Assembly (NCBI GenBank): GCA_020628145.1
Contig: JAHDFN010000001.1
Location: 3,278 to 67,277 of the forward strand
Origin: Saprospiraceae bacterium
Lineage (GTDB): Bacteria; Bacteroidota; Bacteroidia; Chitinophagales; Saprospiraceae
Direction: 5' to 3'
Length of the DNA stretch: 64,000 nucleotides
The notes beneath the pieces are model-generated. The model ran no database searches, was not told where the DNA came from, and was given only the letters and a program-made list of their open reading frames with translations. The stretch's first letter is position 1. Each line of letters opens with the position of its first letter. Positions 19,383 through 29,352 of this stretch are shown here, piece by piece. The position numbers and the translations under genes are program-made.

Positions 19383-20414
19383 ATGAAGCTTTTTAACTTA
19401 TTCAAGAAGGAAATCGCTATCGATTTGGGTACGGCCAATACCCTAATCATCGAAGACGGTAAAGTAATCGTGGACGAGCCATCGATTGTAGCGATAGATC
19501 GAAGAACTAACGAGGTGATAGCCGTAGGGAGAAAAGCCATGCAGATGCACGGCAAGACCCATGAAAATATAAAAACGATAAGACCTTTAAGGGATGGAGT
19601 CATTGCTGACTTCCAAGCGGCAGAGAGTATGATCGAGGGGATGATCAACATGATGGACAATAAGAAAAAGATGTTCAGCTATATGAAGATGGTGATCTGT
19701 ATTCCATCCGGTATTACGGAAGTGGAAAAAAGAGCCGTTTTCGATTCTGCCGATCATGTGGATTCCAAAGAAACCTACCTTATACATGAGCCTATGGCTG
19801 CGGCCCTGGGTATCGGTTTGGATGTGGAAGAACCTGTTGGAAATATGATTATCGATATCGGGGGAGGTACGACCGAAATTGCGGTTATCGCCCTTTCCGG
19901 TATCGTATGTGACCAATCCATCCGTATTGCGGGAGACGAATTCACTATGGATATCATGAATTACATGAAACGTCAACATAATATCCTTATCGGTGAACGG
20001 ACTGCCGAACAGATAAAGATCAATGCCGGTTCGGCTTTGCACGATTTGGAATCCCCCCCGGACGACTTCCCTGTTAACGGGCGGGATTTGATGACGGGTA
20101 TTCCCAAGCAGATCAAAGTATCGTATGGAGAGATTGCCCATGCTTTGGACAAGTCCATTTCCAAAATCGAAGATGCGATTTTAAAAGCATTGGAAAACAC
20201 ACCTCCTGAATTGGCATCCGACATTTATAAAACCGGCCTTTATCTGACCGGAGGAGGAGCATTACTCAGAGGATTGGACAAAAGGGTGAGCCAGAAAACC
20301 AAACTTCCGGTTCATGTTGCGGAAGATCCGTTAAGGGCTGTTGTTAGAGGAACAGGTATCGCCCTGAAAAACACCAATAAATTCTCTTTCCTTATCGATA
20401 GGAAGAGCATTTAA
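19383..20414 (+). CDS. mreB: rod shape-determining protein MreB
   Basis: Actin-fold motifs IAIDLGTANTLI, DIGGGTTE and LTGGGALLRGLD. Start at ATG 19383. Confidence 0.95.
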   Translation: MKLFNLFKKEIAIDLGTANTLIIEDGKVIVDEPSIVAIDRRTNEVIAVGRKAMQMHGKTHENIKTIRPLRDGVIADFQAAESMIEGMINMMDNKKKMFSYMKMVICIPSGITEVEKRAVFDSADHVDSKETYLIHEPMAAALGIGLDVEEPVGNMIIDIGGGTTEIAVIALSGIVCDQSIRIAGDEFTMDIMNYMKRQHNILIGERTAEQIKINAGSALHDLESPPDDFPVNGRDLMTGIPKQIKVSYGEIAHALDKSISKIEDAILKALENTPPELASDIYKTGLYLTGGGALLRGLDKRVSQKTKLPVHVAEDPLRAVVRGTGIALKNTNKFSFLIDRKSI

Positions 20415-20519
20415 ACCGGCCACTCGTCACGACTTGATTTTTATTTGCCAGGATACCCCCGAATAATCGGTTGGAATCCTATATTTGTATTTCACGAAAT
20501 TAGAATCTTCGGTGGAGAT

Positions 20520-21338
20520 ATGCGGAATCTGTTCCAACTGCTATTAAAGTACAATGCTGTTTTTATTTTTATCTTTTTGGAAATATTCTGTTTCTATCTG
20601 ATTATTAAATTCAATGAGGAACAGGCCGGTATTTTTTCGGCGACTACTACCGCCTTCAACGGCATCTTCTACAATGTCAAAGATGATGTTTCCAAACATT
20701 TTTCATTGGAAGAGGAAAACGACAAACTTGCAGAAGACAATACCCTCCTTTTTGCCCGTTTGGAAGAGTCCAAATTCAACAATATCATAGAATCCGATAC
20801 ATCGTACCAACAGCAATATACCTATACCTCTGCAAGAGTTGTCAACAATTCCACCAACCGCTCCAACAACTACCTAACCATTAACAGGGGGAAAAAACAT
20901 GGTATAAAAAAACATACCGGCGTTATTGGTGGAAATGGGTTGGTCGGCATCGTATTGGCAACATCAGAGCATTTTTCAACCATCATGTCCTTGTTGCACC
21001 AACAAACTAAGATTTCCGTTGCCATTAAGAATAAAAATTATTTCGGATCTTTGGTATGGAATGGGAAAAATTCCCGGCACATGGAACTGGAAGCGATTTC
21101 AAGGGATGCTGAAATCCTTGTTGGTGACACTATTGTCACCAGTGGATATTCCAGTATTTTTCCCGGAGGTATAATGGTAGGACTTGTTAATGAAGTAGAT
21201 AACGTGGAAGGTTCATCCTTTCATGAAATCAATGTGGAATTATCCCAAAATCTGAATAATATCAGATATTGTTATGTTGTCAGCAATCTCCTACAGGAAG
21301 AACAAACAGCACTAGAAGCCGAATTGAAGAATGAATAG
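20520..21338 (+). CDS. mreC: rod shape-determining protein MreC
   Basis: It follows mreB. One N-terminal TM, a coiled-coil, then a GD.IVTSG..S.FP.G..VG beta-barrel motif. Start at ATG 20520. Confidence 0.85.
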   Translation: MRNLFQLLLKYNAVFIFIFLEIFCFYLIIKFNEEQAGIFSATTTAFNGIFYNVKDDVSKHFSLEEENDKLAEDNTLLFARLEESKFNNIIESDTSYQQQYTYTSARVVNNSTNRSNNYLTINRGKKHGIKKHTGVIGGNGLVGIVLATSEHFSTIMSLLHQQTKISVAIKNKNYFGSLVWNGKNSRHMELEAISRDAEILVGDTIVTSGYSSIFPGGIMVGLVNEVDNVEGSSFHEINVELSQNLNNIRYCYVVSNLLQEEQTALEAELKNE

Positions 21339-21855
21339 GTTGGTTTTTGTAAATATTCTCCGATTTCTCGGATTGGTCGTCTTACAGGTTTTCATCCTAC
21401 AAGGACTGAATTTCGGCGGCAATTCCATTCTAGGATATTTCCATATCATTATCTATCCGTTATTCATCCTCCTTCTTCCACATGACATTCCCAATTGGGC
21501 CTTAATCCTATTAGGTTTCCTTATTGGAATTACCATTGATTTATTTTACAATTCGATTGGTGTACACGCCGCCGCATCTGTTCTCACAGCAACACTGAGG
21601 CCGATAATCCTCAAAATGCAGGAACCCAACGGAGGCTACACATCAGGTCAAAGCCCTACGAGATACCGACTAGGCACAGGGCCTTTTATCCGATATACAT
21701 CGATTCTTTACGGCATCCATCTAATTTGGTATTTTTCCATGGAATTGTTCACCATCGCCTATATCGATCAGATTCTGGTTAGATCCATTATCAGTTTCTT
21801 TATTTCCATGCCATTGGTCATCCTTTACTCTTTCCTGCTCAATCCTAAAAACTAA
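21331..21855 (+). CDS. mreD: rod shape-determining protein MreD
   Basis: 174-aa polytopic membrane protein overlapping the mreC stop by 8 nt, at the canonical mreBCD position. Confidence 0.75.
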   Translation: MNRLVFVNILRFLGLVVLQVFILQGLNFGGNSILGYFHIIIYPLFILLLPHDIPNWALILLGFLIGITIDLFYNSIGVHAAASVLTATLRPIILKMQEPNGGYTSGQSPTRYRLGTGPFIRYTSILYGIHLIWYFSMELFTIAYIDQILVRSIISFFISMPLVILYSFLLNPKN

Positions 21856-21861
21856 TTTCCG

Positions 21862-23712
21862 ATGGCTCAGGATAGCTACAATAATAGGCAACATATCATC
21901 CGAGGCTTTTTCATATTAATTGGCATTGCCCTTATTGCCAAAAGTTTCCAATTACAAGTTATTGATACCTCTTATGCAGAAACCGCCCGGGCAGTCGTTG
22001 TTTCGGATTTGACCTTATACCCTTCCCGGGGCTTGATCTATGATAGGAACAAGGAATTACTGGTTACTAATCGGGCGATGTATGACCTGATGGTGATTTA
22101 TGATTTGGTAGGTGAAATGGATACGGCCAAGTTTTGCCAATTGTTAGACATCGATAAACCTGATTTTGAAAAACGATTGGGCAAGGATTTTTCCGATGAC
22201 CGATTCGATAAAAAAGTACCTTTCCCCTTTTTGAAAAAAATATCCGCAGAACAATATGCCCGATTCCAGGAAAGCCTTTATCAGTTCCCTGGTTTTTTCG
22301 TACAAATGAGAAATGTAAGAAGTTATCCCAATAAGGTAGGGGCACATATTTTGGGATATATCAACGAGGTTACCCAGAATCAGATAGACAAGTCCGAAGG
22401 AAAATACAAAAGGGGGGATTATATCGGTGCAAAAGGATTAGAAGCCGAATATGAAGGCATCCTGCGGGGTAGAAAAGGGCTGAAAAAAGTCATGAAAGAT
22501 AATTTTGGAAGGATTGAGGGCAGTTGGCTTGGAGGGGTACAGGATATTTCACCACAATCGGGAAAGGACCTCATTACTACCATAGATATTGACCTCCAGA
22601 AATATGCTGAGAAACTCATGGCCAATAAAAGGGGAGGCTTGGTTGCCATAGATCCGAATAGTGGAGAAATCCTTGCCATGCTGAGTAGCCCTGCCTATGA
22701 CCCCAACATCCTAGCCATAAACCGAAAAAGGAGCGAAACCTTCAACCTACTGGTTAGAGATTCCTTACGGCCTTTTTATGACCGTTCGTTAATGGCCCAA
22801 TATCCTCCGGGTTCCATTTTCAAATCCTTAACCAATTTGGCGGCTCTACAAATGGGGACTTGGGACAATGGGAGAGGAATCAGTTGTTCTGGAGGATATG
22901 ATTATGGAGGTAAACGGCCTCTGGGATGCCATAGCCATCAATATGTTTCAAACGGAAAAGAGGCATTGCAGCATTCTTGCAATTCCTATTATTGTCAACT
23001 CTTCAGGGAGACTGTAGATCAGTTTGGTTTCAAAAATGCAGGAAAGGGCTTGGATAGCCTAATGGCACAAATCAGACTATTCGGATTAGGGGATACCCTA
23101 GGTATAGATTTGCCTAGCGAGAAAAAAGGACTCATCCCCGATTCCAAGTATTACAATAGAATGTATCCCAAAAACAAAGGAGGGTGGAAATCCCCCACTA
23201 TAATATCACTGGCTATCGGTCAGGGAGAAATCCAGATGACCACTTTACAGATGGCCAACGCTGCAGCAACCATTGCAAACGGGGGTTGGTATATTACGCC
23301 CCATCTAGGCAAAGCCATTATCAATGGTGATGAAATAAAAAAACTTGACTACCCTAAGCGAAGTACCGGTATAAATCCTTCATATTTCCAACCGATAAAA
23401 GACGGTATGGAACTGGCCGTCAATCAAGGGACTGCTCCACTTGCCCGAATTCCATCCATTACAATCTGTGGAAAAACAGGTACTTCGGAGAATGTCGGGA
23501 CAGATCATTCTGTATTTTTCTCTTTCGCCCCCAAGGAAAATCCTGAGATTGCCATTGCCGTTTTCATCGAAAATGCAGGGTGGGGAGGATCATATGCCGC
23601 ACCTATTGCCAGCCTTGTCACAGAATATTATCTTAATGATGGAGAAATAGATCCCTCTAGATCGTGGATTGAAGACCGAATGATCAATAAAAACTTGTTA
23701 CATGCCAAGTAA
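21862..23712 (+). CDS. mrdA: penicillin-binding protein 2 (elongasome transpeptidase)
   Basis: 616 aa with an N-terminal TM. SxxK (GSIFK), SxN (SCNSYY) and KTG(T) (GKTGTS) transpeptidase motifs. It follows mreD. Confidence 0.9.
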   Translation: MAQDSYNNRQHIIRGFFILIGIALIAKSFQLQVIDTSYAETARAVVVSDLTLYPSRGLIYDRNKELLVTNRAMYDLMVIYDLVGEMDTAKFCQLLDIDKPDFEKRLGKDFSDDRFDKKVPFPFLKKISAEQYARFQESLYQFPGFFVQMRNVRSYPNKVGAHILGYINEVTQNQIDKSEGKYKRGDYIGAKGLEAEYEGILRGRKGLKKVMKDNFGRIEGSWLGGVQDISPQSGKDLITTIDIDLQKYAEKLMANKRGGLVAIDPNSGEILAMLSSPAYDPNILAINRKRSETFNLLVRDSLRPFYDRSLMAQYPPGSIFKSLTNLAALQMGTWDNGRGISCSGGYDYGGKRPLGCHSHQYVSNGKEALQHSCNSYYCQLFRETVDQFGFKNAGKGLDSLMAQIRLFGLGDTLGIDLPSEKKGLIPDSKYYNRMYPKNKGGWKSPTIISLAIGQGEIQMTTLQMANAAATIANGGWYITPHLGKAIINGDEIKKLDYPKRSTGINPSYFQPIKDGMELAVNQGTAPLARIPSITICGKTGTSENVGTDHSVFFSFAPKENPEIAIAVFIENAGWGGSYAAPIASLVTEYYLNDGEIDPSRSWIEDRMINKNLLHAK

Positions 23713-23982
23713 ATTCCTGTGACCTCCTTTGTTTACACATCTACCCCCATCTCACATAGTACCGCATCAAACATTACAAAACAACACCATACATATATAA
23801 ATAATTATTAATTGGCATAGTTATTGTATTTTTTTCATTGATATAAAATTTAATATCAAAAAAAATTTCCTGTCACATTTTCTTCCCCCCTCGTGATTGT
23901 TTTGGTATCATTCTTGTCTCATATTGGACAGAAGCACAAACAGAAACGATTTACAAACGCACAACCATTAAAACTTTTAGTC

Positions 23983-24639
23983 ATGAGGAATTTATCATTA
24001 ATATTTTTTGTTTCCCTCCTTTCCCTCCCATTCATAAAAGCAGACTGCACATTCGAATCTTTTGCAGTAGGTGAAGAATTTGCCATCGGTAATATGCTAC
24101 AGTGGGTCACTTCTACCGAAGTGGACAATCAACACTTTGTCGTAGAGCGTTCTATTGATGGAATCACATATGACGTCATTGGAGAGGTAAAAGGTTCCGG
24201 TACTTCCAGTGATGAGCAGGAATATCGTTTCTTGGATTTGGATGCCAGAAAAGGCCGTTCCTTCTACAGGTTGAAACAAGTTGATTTCGATGAGGATTTC
24301 AGCTATTCCAAAATAGTTATCGTAGATAAAACCACCAATAACAATTTCATGATTTCCGGTATGAATAACAACCAGAACAATGAGATGGTAGAATTGACCA
24401 TCGATGCTGTGGAAGAAATGGAAATCACCTGTTCCATTAAGGATATGAAAGGAGATTTATTGGAAGAGCATAAGTCCTATGCCAAAATGGGTTTGAACAA
24501 CATCACTTTCAATCTAACTTCCTACCCTAATGGTTCATATAGATTGTTCTTGGAGTCCGGTGATGAATCCGAAATGATTACTATCAGGAAAACAATCTCT
24601 AGTGAAGAAATCAAGTTGCCCGTGGCCAATAAAGAATAA
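23983..24639 (+). CDS. secreted hypothetical protein, possible T9SS cargo
   Basis: Signal peptide MRNLSLIFFVSLLSLPFIKA. An Ig-like W.T..E.....F.VERS.DG..Y motif common in Bacteroidota surface proteins. The C-terminal beta-rich region (NGSYRLFL) is CTD-like. Confidence 0.45.
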   Translation: MRNLSLIFFVSLLSLPFIKADCTFESFAVGEEFAIGNMLQWVTSTEVDNQHFVVERSIDGITYDVIGEVKGSGTSSDEQEYRFLDLDARKGRSFYRLKQVDFDEDFSYSKIVIVDKTTNNNFMISGMNNNQNNEMVELTIDAVEEMEITCSIKDMKGDLLEEHKSYAKMGLNNITFNLTSYPNGSYRLFLESGDESEMITIRKTISSEEIKLPVANKE

Positions 24640-24670
24640 CAATAACTGTCTTTAAAATCCCGTATATTGA

Positions 24671-24706
24671 AAATCGGTTCTCCTTTCGGGAGGCCGATTT
24701 TTTTAT
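24671..24706 (+). terminator. rho-independent terminator
   Basis: aaatcggttctcc-tttc-gggaggccgattt stem (with G-U pairs) followed by a T-run, 32 nt after the stop at 24639. Confidence 0.6.
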
Positions 24707-24726
24707 TGGTCTTATATTCCTTAATC

Positions 24727-25482
24727 ATGAAAAAAAGCCTCCTTTTTCCTTTATTGTTGATATCCGTTTTTCTTTATTCCCAAGGACAGATAGATAAAAG
24801 ATCCAATCCTGTAGTTGAATTTATTGAAGCTATCCAAACTGCCGATAAGGAAAAAATAGCCCAACATGTTTCCTATCCATTGAAAAGAAAATATCCCTTA
24901 CCTGCCGTAGAGCATGAAGCCGATTTCGTCCTACGATTTGATGAAATATTCGATAAGGAACTTATGGATAAGATAATAAATTCCGATCCTCAAAATGATT
25001 GGTCCAAAGTCGGATGGAGGGGCATAATGCTTTCCGGCGGTGTCCTTTGGTTAGATACGGAAGGTCGATTACTTGCCATTAACCGCCTGTCTCAAAAAGA
25101 AAAAGAAAGGAGGGAGGCTATGATTGAGGAAAATCGCTTGAACCTTCATGTTTCGATACTGAGATACAAAGCACCCATTCTACAACTGGAAACCGAAAAA
25201 TTCAGGGTAAGGATAGATGACTTGGGAGACGGTAATTATCGATATGTTTCCTGGCCTATTGACAAAACCATGAGAGACCAGCCCAGTTTGGTTTTGAAAA
25301 AAGGAGAAGTTTTTTTTGAAGGAACCGGAAGTAACCATCGGTATGAATTCAAAAGCGGGCCTTACACCTATATCATAGCCATCCATCATATGGCAGAAGA
25401 CGGTTTCCCACCTGCTCACCTTAGGGTATTAAAAAAAGAAGAACGGATACTCAATCAAGCAGCAATACGCTTGGAGCGTTAG
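24727..25482 (+). CDS. hypothetical secreted protein
   Basis: Signal peptide MKKSLLFPLLLISVFLYSQ from the internal ATG 24727. No recognisable domain. Confidence 0.45.
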   Translation: MKKSLLFPLLLISVFLYSQGQIDKRSNPVVEFIEAIQTADKEKIAQHVSYPLKRKYPLPAVEHEADFVLRFDEIFDKELMDKIINSDPQNDWSKVGWRGIMLSGGVLWLDTEGRLLAINRLSQKEKERREAMIEENRLNLHVSILRYKAPILQLETEKFRVRIDDLGDGNYRYVSWPIDKTMRDQPSLVLKKGEVFFEGTGSNHRYEFKSGPYTYIIAIHHMAEDGFPPAHLRVLKKEERILNQAAIRLER

Positions 25483-25494
25483 TGTCCGATCTGA

Positions 25495-26304
25495 TCAGAA
25501 TATTTTGGATTCGGCTGCCTGGAGTACATTCCAACCATTGAGGTAAGTGTGGATGAAAACGACGGCAGAACAATTGTTTTCATTCCATTCCGCAGGTAAA
25601 ATCATGCTGTATGTTTCCGATCCTGTTGCTCCCTGGGTTCTATTTCCGGTATAATCATTCCCATCGAAATTGGTCATCATTCCTCTCAACACATGCTTAT
25701 GTGTATAATTTTCATTCTTCCCCTCAGGGGTTAATTGTGGATCAACAATATTATTTTCGGTGACCATAACCGAAATTCTTAATTCATCCGAAACCGTTTC
25801 CAAAAAAGAAAAATCGGCTGTAACGGATAATTCACGAGTTGAACTATCGTAATCGTTTTCCAAAGAAATATCGACCATCAAAGGTTCTGCTTTTTCCTGA
25901 TCGATATATCCTGCCCATTTACTACGGTTCAAAAGAGCTTCACCTTCACTTGGGAAAACCCTACGGTTGATGGTCGCAATAGGATAACCGATTGCGGGCC
26001 CCAGTAGGTTTTCGATGGCTGCACCCTCATCCGTCCTGAAATCATATTGACTATCCATATATGGATTGGCAAAGAAACCCGAATGAATCGAAACGGCTAT
26101 CAAATTATCACCGTGAATACCTAGAAGCAATTCAATCTGTTCGCTTCCTTCCGGGCAATTCACACATTGGACTCCTGTAAATTCTTCTACCAATACTACT
26201 CTATTCGTTCCTTCGGGATTTACCGAAGGCCCCAACTCAGAACAGGACGTCATTAATAATGTATAAGTAATGGACACCCAGAAAAACACCTTAAAATATC
26301 TCAT
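25495..26304 (-). CDS. Omp28-related outer-membrane lipoprotein (thioredoxin-like fold)
   Basis: Lipoprotein signal (LLMTSCSE). VLVEEFTGVQCVNCPEG resembles the EEFTG.C..CP motif of the Omp28 family. Confidence 0.5.
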   Translation of the reverse strand: MRYFKVFFWVSITYTLLMTSCSELGPSVNPEGTNRVVLVEEFTGVQCVNCPEGSEQIELLLGIHGDNLIAVSIHSGFFANPYMDSQYDFRTDEGAAIENLLGPAIGYPIATINRRVFPSEGEALLNRSKWAGYIDQEKAEPLMVDISLENDYDSSTRELSVTADFSFLETVSDELRISVMVTENNIVDPQLTPEGKNENYTHKHVLRGMMTNFDGNDYTGNRTQGATGSETYSMILPAEWNENNCSAVVFIHTYLNGWNVLQAAESKIF

Positions 26305-26450
26305 ATTGTTTGATTATCAACATTGGAATGGATAACAATCGTATCCTTTGGACATAAAATTAAAAAATCGGATCGAATCAAACAGGACAAAGCCGAATAT
26401 TAGCTAAGCACAAGACTAAATTAATTATAAAATGGGTATGTTTTTCAGCA

Positions 26451-26903
26451 TCATGCTTCCTGGGACGATGCATTCACACTCGATTCATATATGTTTTCAT
26501 AGAATGAATATTTACCCAATGCTTCAATCCCTACGGTAATAGCCGGAGTTGCCGTTTCATCCATACGGCCGAAATAATCTTCCATATAATGGATGACAAT
26601 ACGTAAATCATACACCAAATCCTTTAGACGCATAACACTTCTAAGGGAGGAAGGAAGTGGGCTTGTCCTTTCCAAGAGAACCCTTTCTTCCGCTAGGATG
26701 CCAACGATATAATCAGTTACTTCGATTTCCGGTAATTCCACCAAGTGTTCCACAACGGACAAAGCAACATTCAAACCTTCCTTTGGAATCATGGAACGGC
26801 TTTGCGACCACTGAAGATATACTTCATATAATAAATCGCAGCAGGCTGTGAAATCTTTGGCGGTAAATGCTTCTTGTGATAATTTCAATTGATTGTAGAT
26901 CAT
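26451..26903 (-). CDS. hypothetical cytoplasmic protein
   Basis: About 150 aa, acidic, helical, with no signal peptide and no recognised motif. ATG at 26903 preferred over TTG at 26939. Confidence 0.4.
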   Translation of the reverse strand: MIYNQLKLSQEAFTAKDFTACCDLLYEVYLQWSQSRSMIPKEGLNVALSVVEHLVELPEIEVTDYIVGILAEERVLLERTSPLPSSLRSVMRLKDLVYDLRIVIHYMEDYFGRMDETATPAITVGIEALGKYSFYENIYESSVNASSQEA

Positions 26904-27101
26904 TTCAATTCTGATTTCATAAGTTGAAGAATACCACAAATTAAAACAAATAATTTGTTTAAAACAATTTGATTTATAAATTGTTTTTCACATTAACAAA
27001 AATACCTATGAATCATCCGTGTCCTTTTGGCTCTCTTTGCGTCACAAAATCAATTCGAACCTATTTTTTAACGTTAAATACAAAATTTTTAGAAAACCAA
27101 C

Positions 27102-27923
27102 ATGGAAGATTTATTAGCAAAAATTCCTGAAAGTTTACAAGGAGACATATTCGGCATGGCCAAGACCCTACTGATGGCCATTGGAGCACTTGTCATCGGT
27201 TTCATGGTGATCAATTGGGTGGTCAAACTTGTGAAAAACATCATGTCCAAAAACAATGTGGACAAGGATTTACAACCGTTTTTGGCTTCTATCGTCAGTG
27301 TAGGCTTGAAAGTCTGCCTACTTGTGGCAGTAGCCGGAATGTTCGGGGTAGAAACCACATCTTTTGTTGCCGTTTTGGGTGCTATGGCATTTGCCGTAGG
27401 TATGGCTTTGCAGGGAAGTTTGGGGCATTTTGCTTCGGGTGTACTTATCCTTTTATTCAAACCTTACCGCACCGGAGATTTGGTTGATATACAAGGGAAT
27501 GTAGGCGTGGTGGATGAAATCCAGATTTTCAACACCGTCTTATTGACACCCGACAACAAAAAAATCATTATTCCCAATGGAAATATCACCAATGGTTCCA
27601 TAACCAATATTTCCGGACAGGGAGAAATCAAAGTGGTGATGTCCTATGGTATCGGATATGCCGATGACATCGACAAAGCCAGACAGGTTATCCAAACCGT
27701 TGCGGATAGTTGTCCCCATGTCCTTCATGACAAGGAAGTGGACATCTTCGTTGAAGCATTGGGTGACAGTTCGGTCAACTTTGCCGTAAGGCCTTGGTGT
27801 AAAAGTGAACACTATTGGGATGTTTTCTTCTATATGCATGAAAACATCAAGAAAGCATTCGACAAGGAAGGTATCGGCATACCTTATCCAACTATGGATT
27901 TGAATGTTGTCACCCAGAACTAA
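27102..27923 (+). CDS. mscS: small-conductance mechanosensitive channel (MscS family)
   Basis: Three N-terminal TMs. Pore helix with a GALQGSLG-like motif (MALQGSLGHFASG). Beta-domain YRTGDLVDI.G..G.V.EI.I..T. Confidence 0.85.
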   Translation: MEDLLAKIPESLQGDIFGMAKTLLMAIGALVIGFMVINWVVKLVKNIMSKNNVDKDLQPFLASIVSVGLKVCLLVAVAGMFGVETTSFVAVLGAMAFAVGMALQGSLGHFASGVLILLFKPYRTGDLVDIQGNVGVVDEIQIFNTVLLTPDNKKIIIPNGNITNGSITNISGQGEIKVVMSYGIGYADDIDKARQVIQTVADSCPHVLHDKEVDIFVEALGDSSVNFAVRPWCKSEHYWDVFFYMHENIKKAFDKEGIGIPYPTMDLNVVTQN

Positions 27924-27987
27924 CATGATTATATCGACTCGATATTAAAGAGTTCCCTTATAGTTTTTTGTTTCTCGTGACTTGATA

Positions 27988-28017
27988 GGCGGCCATCATC
28001 CGATGGCTGCCTTTTTT
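27988..28017 (+). terminator. rho-independent terminator of mscS
   Basis: ggcggccatc-atcc-gatggctgcc stem (one G-U pair) followed by T6. Confidence 0.7.
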
Positions 28018-28052
28018 CATGCCTCCACAAAAGCATAGTACGGATGTCCTAA

Positions 28053-28072
28053 GTAAGAAATCGATTTCTTAC
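28053..28072. promoter_or_regulatory. perfect 20-bp palindrome, probable TetR operator
   Basis: gtaagaaatcgatttcttac is its own reverse complement. It ends 10 nt before the TetR ATG and overlaps the -7 box. Confidence 0.55.
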
Positions 28073-28077
28073 ATTTG
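28070..28077 (+). promoter_or_regulatory. Bacteroidota-type -7 promoter element (TAnnTTTG)
   Basis: tacatttg matches TAnnTTTG. It sits only 5 nt upstream of ATG 28082, implying a very short or absent leader. Confidence 0.4.
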
Positions 28078-28081
28078 TATT

Positions 28082-28711
28082 ATGCGTTCCACCAAGGAAA
28101 AAATACTGGATACTTCCATTGCCTTGTTCAATGAGCGAGGGCTCGTCAATGTCTCCATACGGGATATTGCCAATGAATTAGGCATCAGCCCGGGCAATCT
28201 CACCTATCATTTCAAGAACAAGTCCAATATCATCAATGATATTTACGAACGGATAGTAGGAGAAAGAATAAGCTTGGCCTCCCAAGTAAAACTGATTCCT
28301 TCCTTTGCCAACATCAACGCCATGTTGGAACCGTTATTGGAACTGTTTGAAAAATACCGGTTCTTCTATTTGGACATTTTGGAAGTCCGCCGAGCCTATC
28401 CTGAAATTGCGGGGAAGCATCAATCCCATATCAATTTCCAAATTGATTTCATCAAGGCCCAAATCGATTATTCCGTAGAAAGCGGCAATATGGTTCCGGA
28501 ACCGAGTCGGGGATTCTATGCCCGTATGGCCCACACCGTCTGGCTCATCCTTTCTTTTTGGATGAACCAACAAATCATCCGAGGAAAAGAGGATGCCGAT
28601 TTCAATACGGCACGGACTTCCATGTGGGATATGGTTACTCCATTATTAACCGAAAAGGGCAAAGCCAACTTCGGGATTACACCTTTGAATCAAAAAATTG
28701 ATAAACCATGA
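28082..28711 (+). CDS. TetR/AcrR family transcriptional regulator
   Basis: N-terminal HTH ILDTSIALFNERGLVNVSIRDIANELGISPGNLTYHF. Start at ATG 28082. Confidence 0.9.
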   Translation: MRSTKEKILDTSIALFNERGLVNVSIRDIANELGISPGNLTYHFKNKSNIINDIYERIVGERISLASQVKLIPSFANINAMLEPLLELFEKYRFFYLDILEVRRAYPEIAGKHQSHINFQIDFIKAQIDYSVESGNMVPEPSRGFYARMAHTVWLILSFWMNQQIIRGKEDADFNTARTSMWDMVTPLLTEKGKANFGITPLNQKIDKP

Positions 28712-29352
28712 CAAAGGACAAAAGAAATAAGCTGTTTCTTTCGAACAAGGACATGCCTGAAAACATCATGGACACAAAAGTCTTTCCGGGCTTTTATGTG
28801 ACCAATCCCCATTTGCCTTTTTACATCTATACGCCGATTACCATTGCTATGCTCCTAATTGCCGTTTTATATGTAGAAATGGAATATGCCCAAATATTCA
28901 TTGGCTTGGGTACTTCTCTTTTATTCTGGCCGGTCTTTGAATATTTCATGCATCGTTATCTTTTCCATTGGGAACCCAAGGGGGAATTCGGGAAAAAATT
29001 CATTTATACAATCCATCAGGGACATCATGATTATCCGAATGACGGACGGCTGATGCTAGTGGGGCCGATAGTGAGTCTTCCCGCTTTTCTTTTATTCTGG
29101 GGATTGGGTTATCTCATCGCCGGACATTATACCCATCCATTCATGGCGGGTGTGGCGACCTGTTATATGTTTTATGATTGGCTGCACTTCGCATCCCATC
29201 ATTATAATTATGAGAATCAACTTTTCAGGAAGCTGAAATCCCATCATATGCGTCATCACTATGAGGATAATGATAAGAATTTTGCCTTTACGACATTGAT
29301 TTGGGATATTATCATGCAAACGTTAATCAAGGAAAAGAAAAACAATGGCTGA
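28708..29352 (+). CDS. fatty acid hydroxylase superfamily (sterol-desaturase-like) membrane di-iron oxidase
   Basis: His boxes HRYLFH, HQGHHDY, HFASHH and HHMRHHY between hydrophobic segments. ATGA overlap with the TetR stop. Confidence 0.75.
   Translation: MTKDKRNKLFLSNKDMPENIMDTKVFPGFYVTNPHLPFYIYTPITIAMLLIAVLYVEMEYAQIFIGLGTSLLFWPVFEYFMHRYLFHWEPKGEFGKKFIYTIHQGHHDYPNDGRLMLVGPIVSLPAFLLFWGLGYLIAGHYTHPFMAGVATCYMFYDWLHFASHHYNYENQLFRKLKSHHMRHHYEDNDKNFAFTTLIWDIIMQTLIKEKKNNG

Noticed and set aside
23838-23859. Near-palindrome ttgatataaaatttaatatcaa upstream of the 23983 gene.
   Set aside because: It has two mismatches and is almost pure A/T within a very AT-rich spacer, so chance symmetry is likely.
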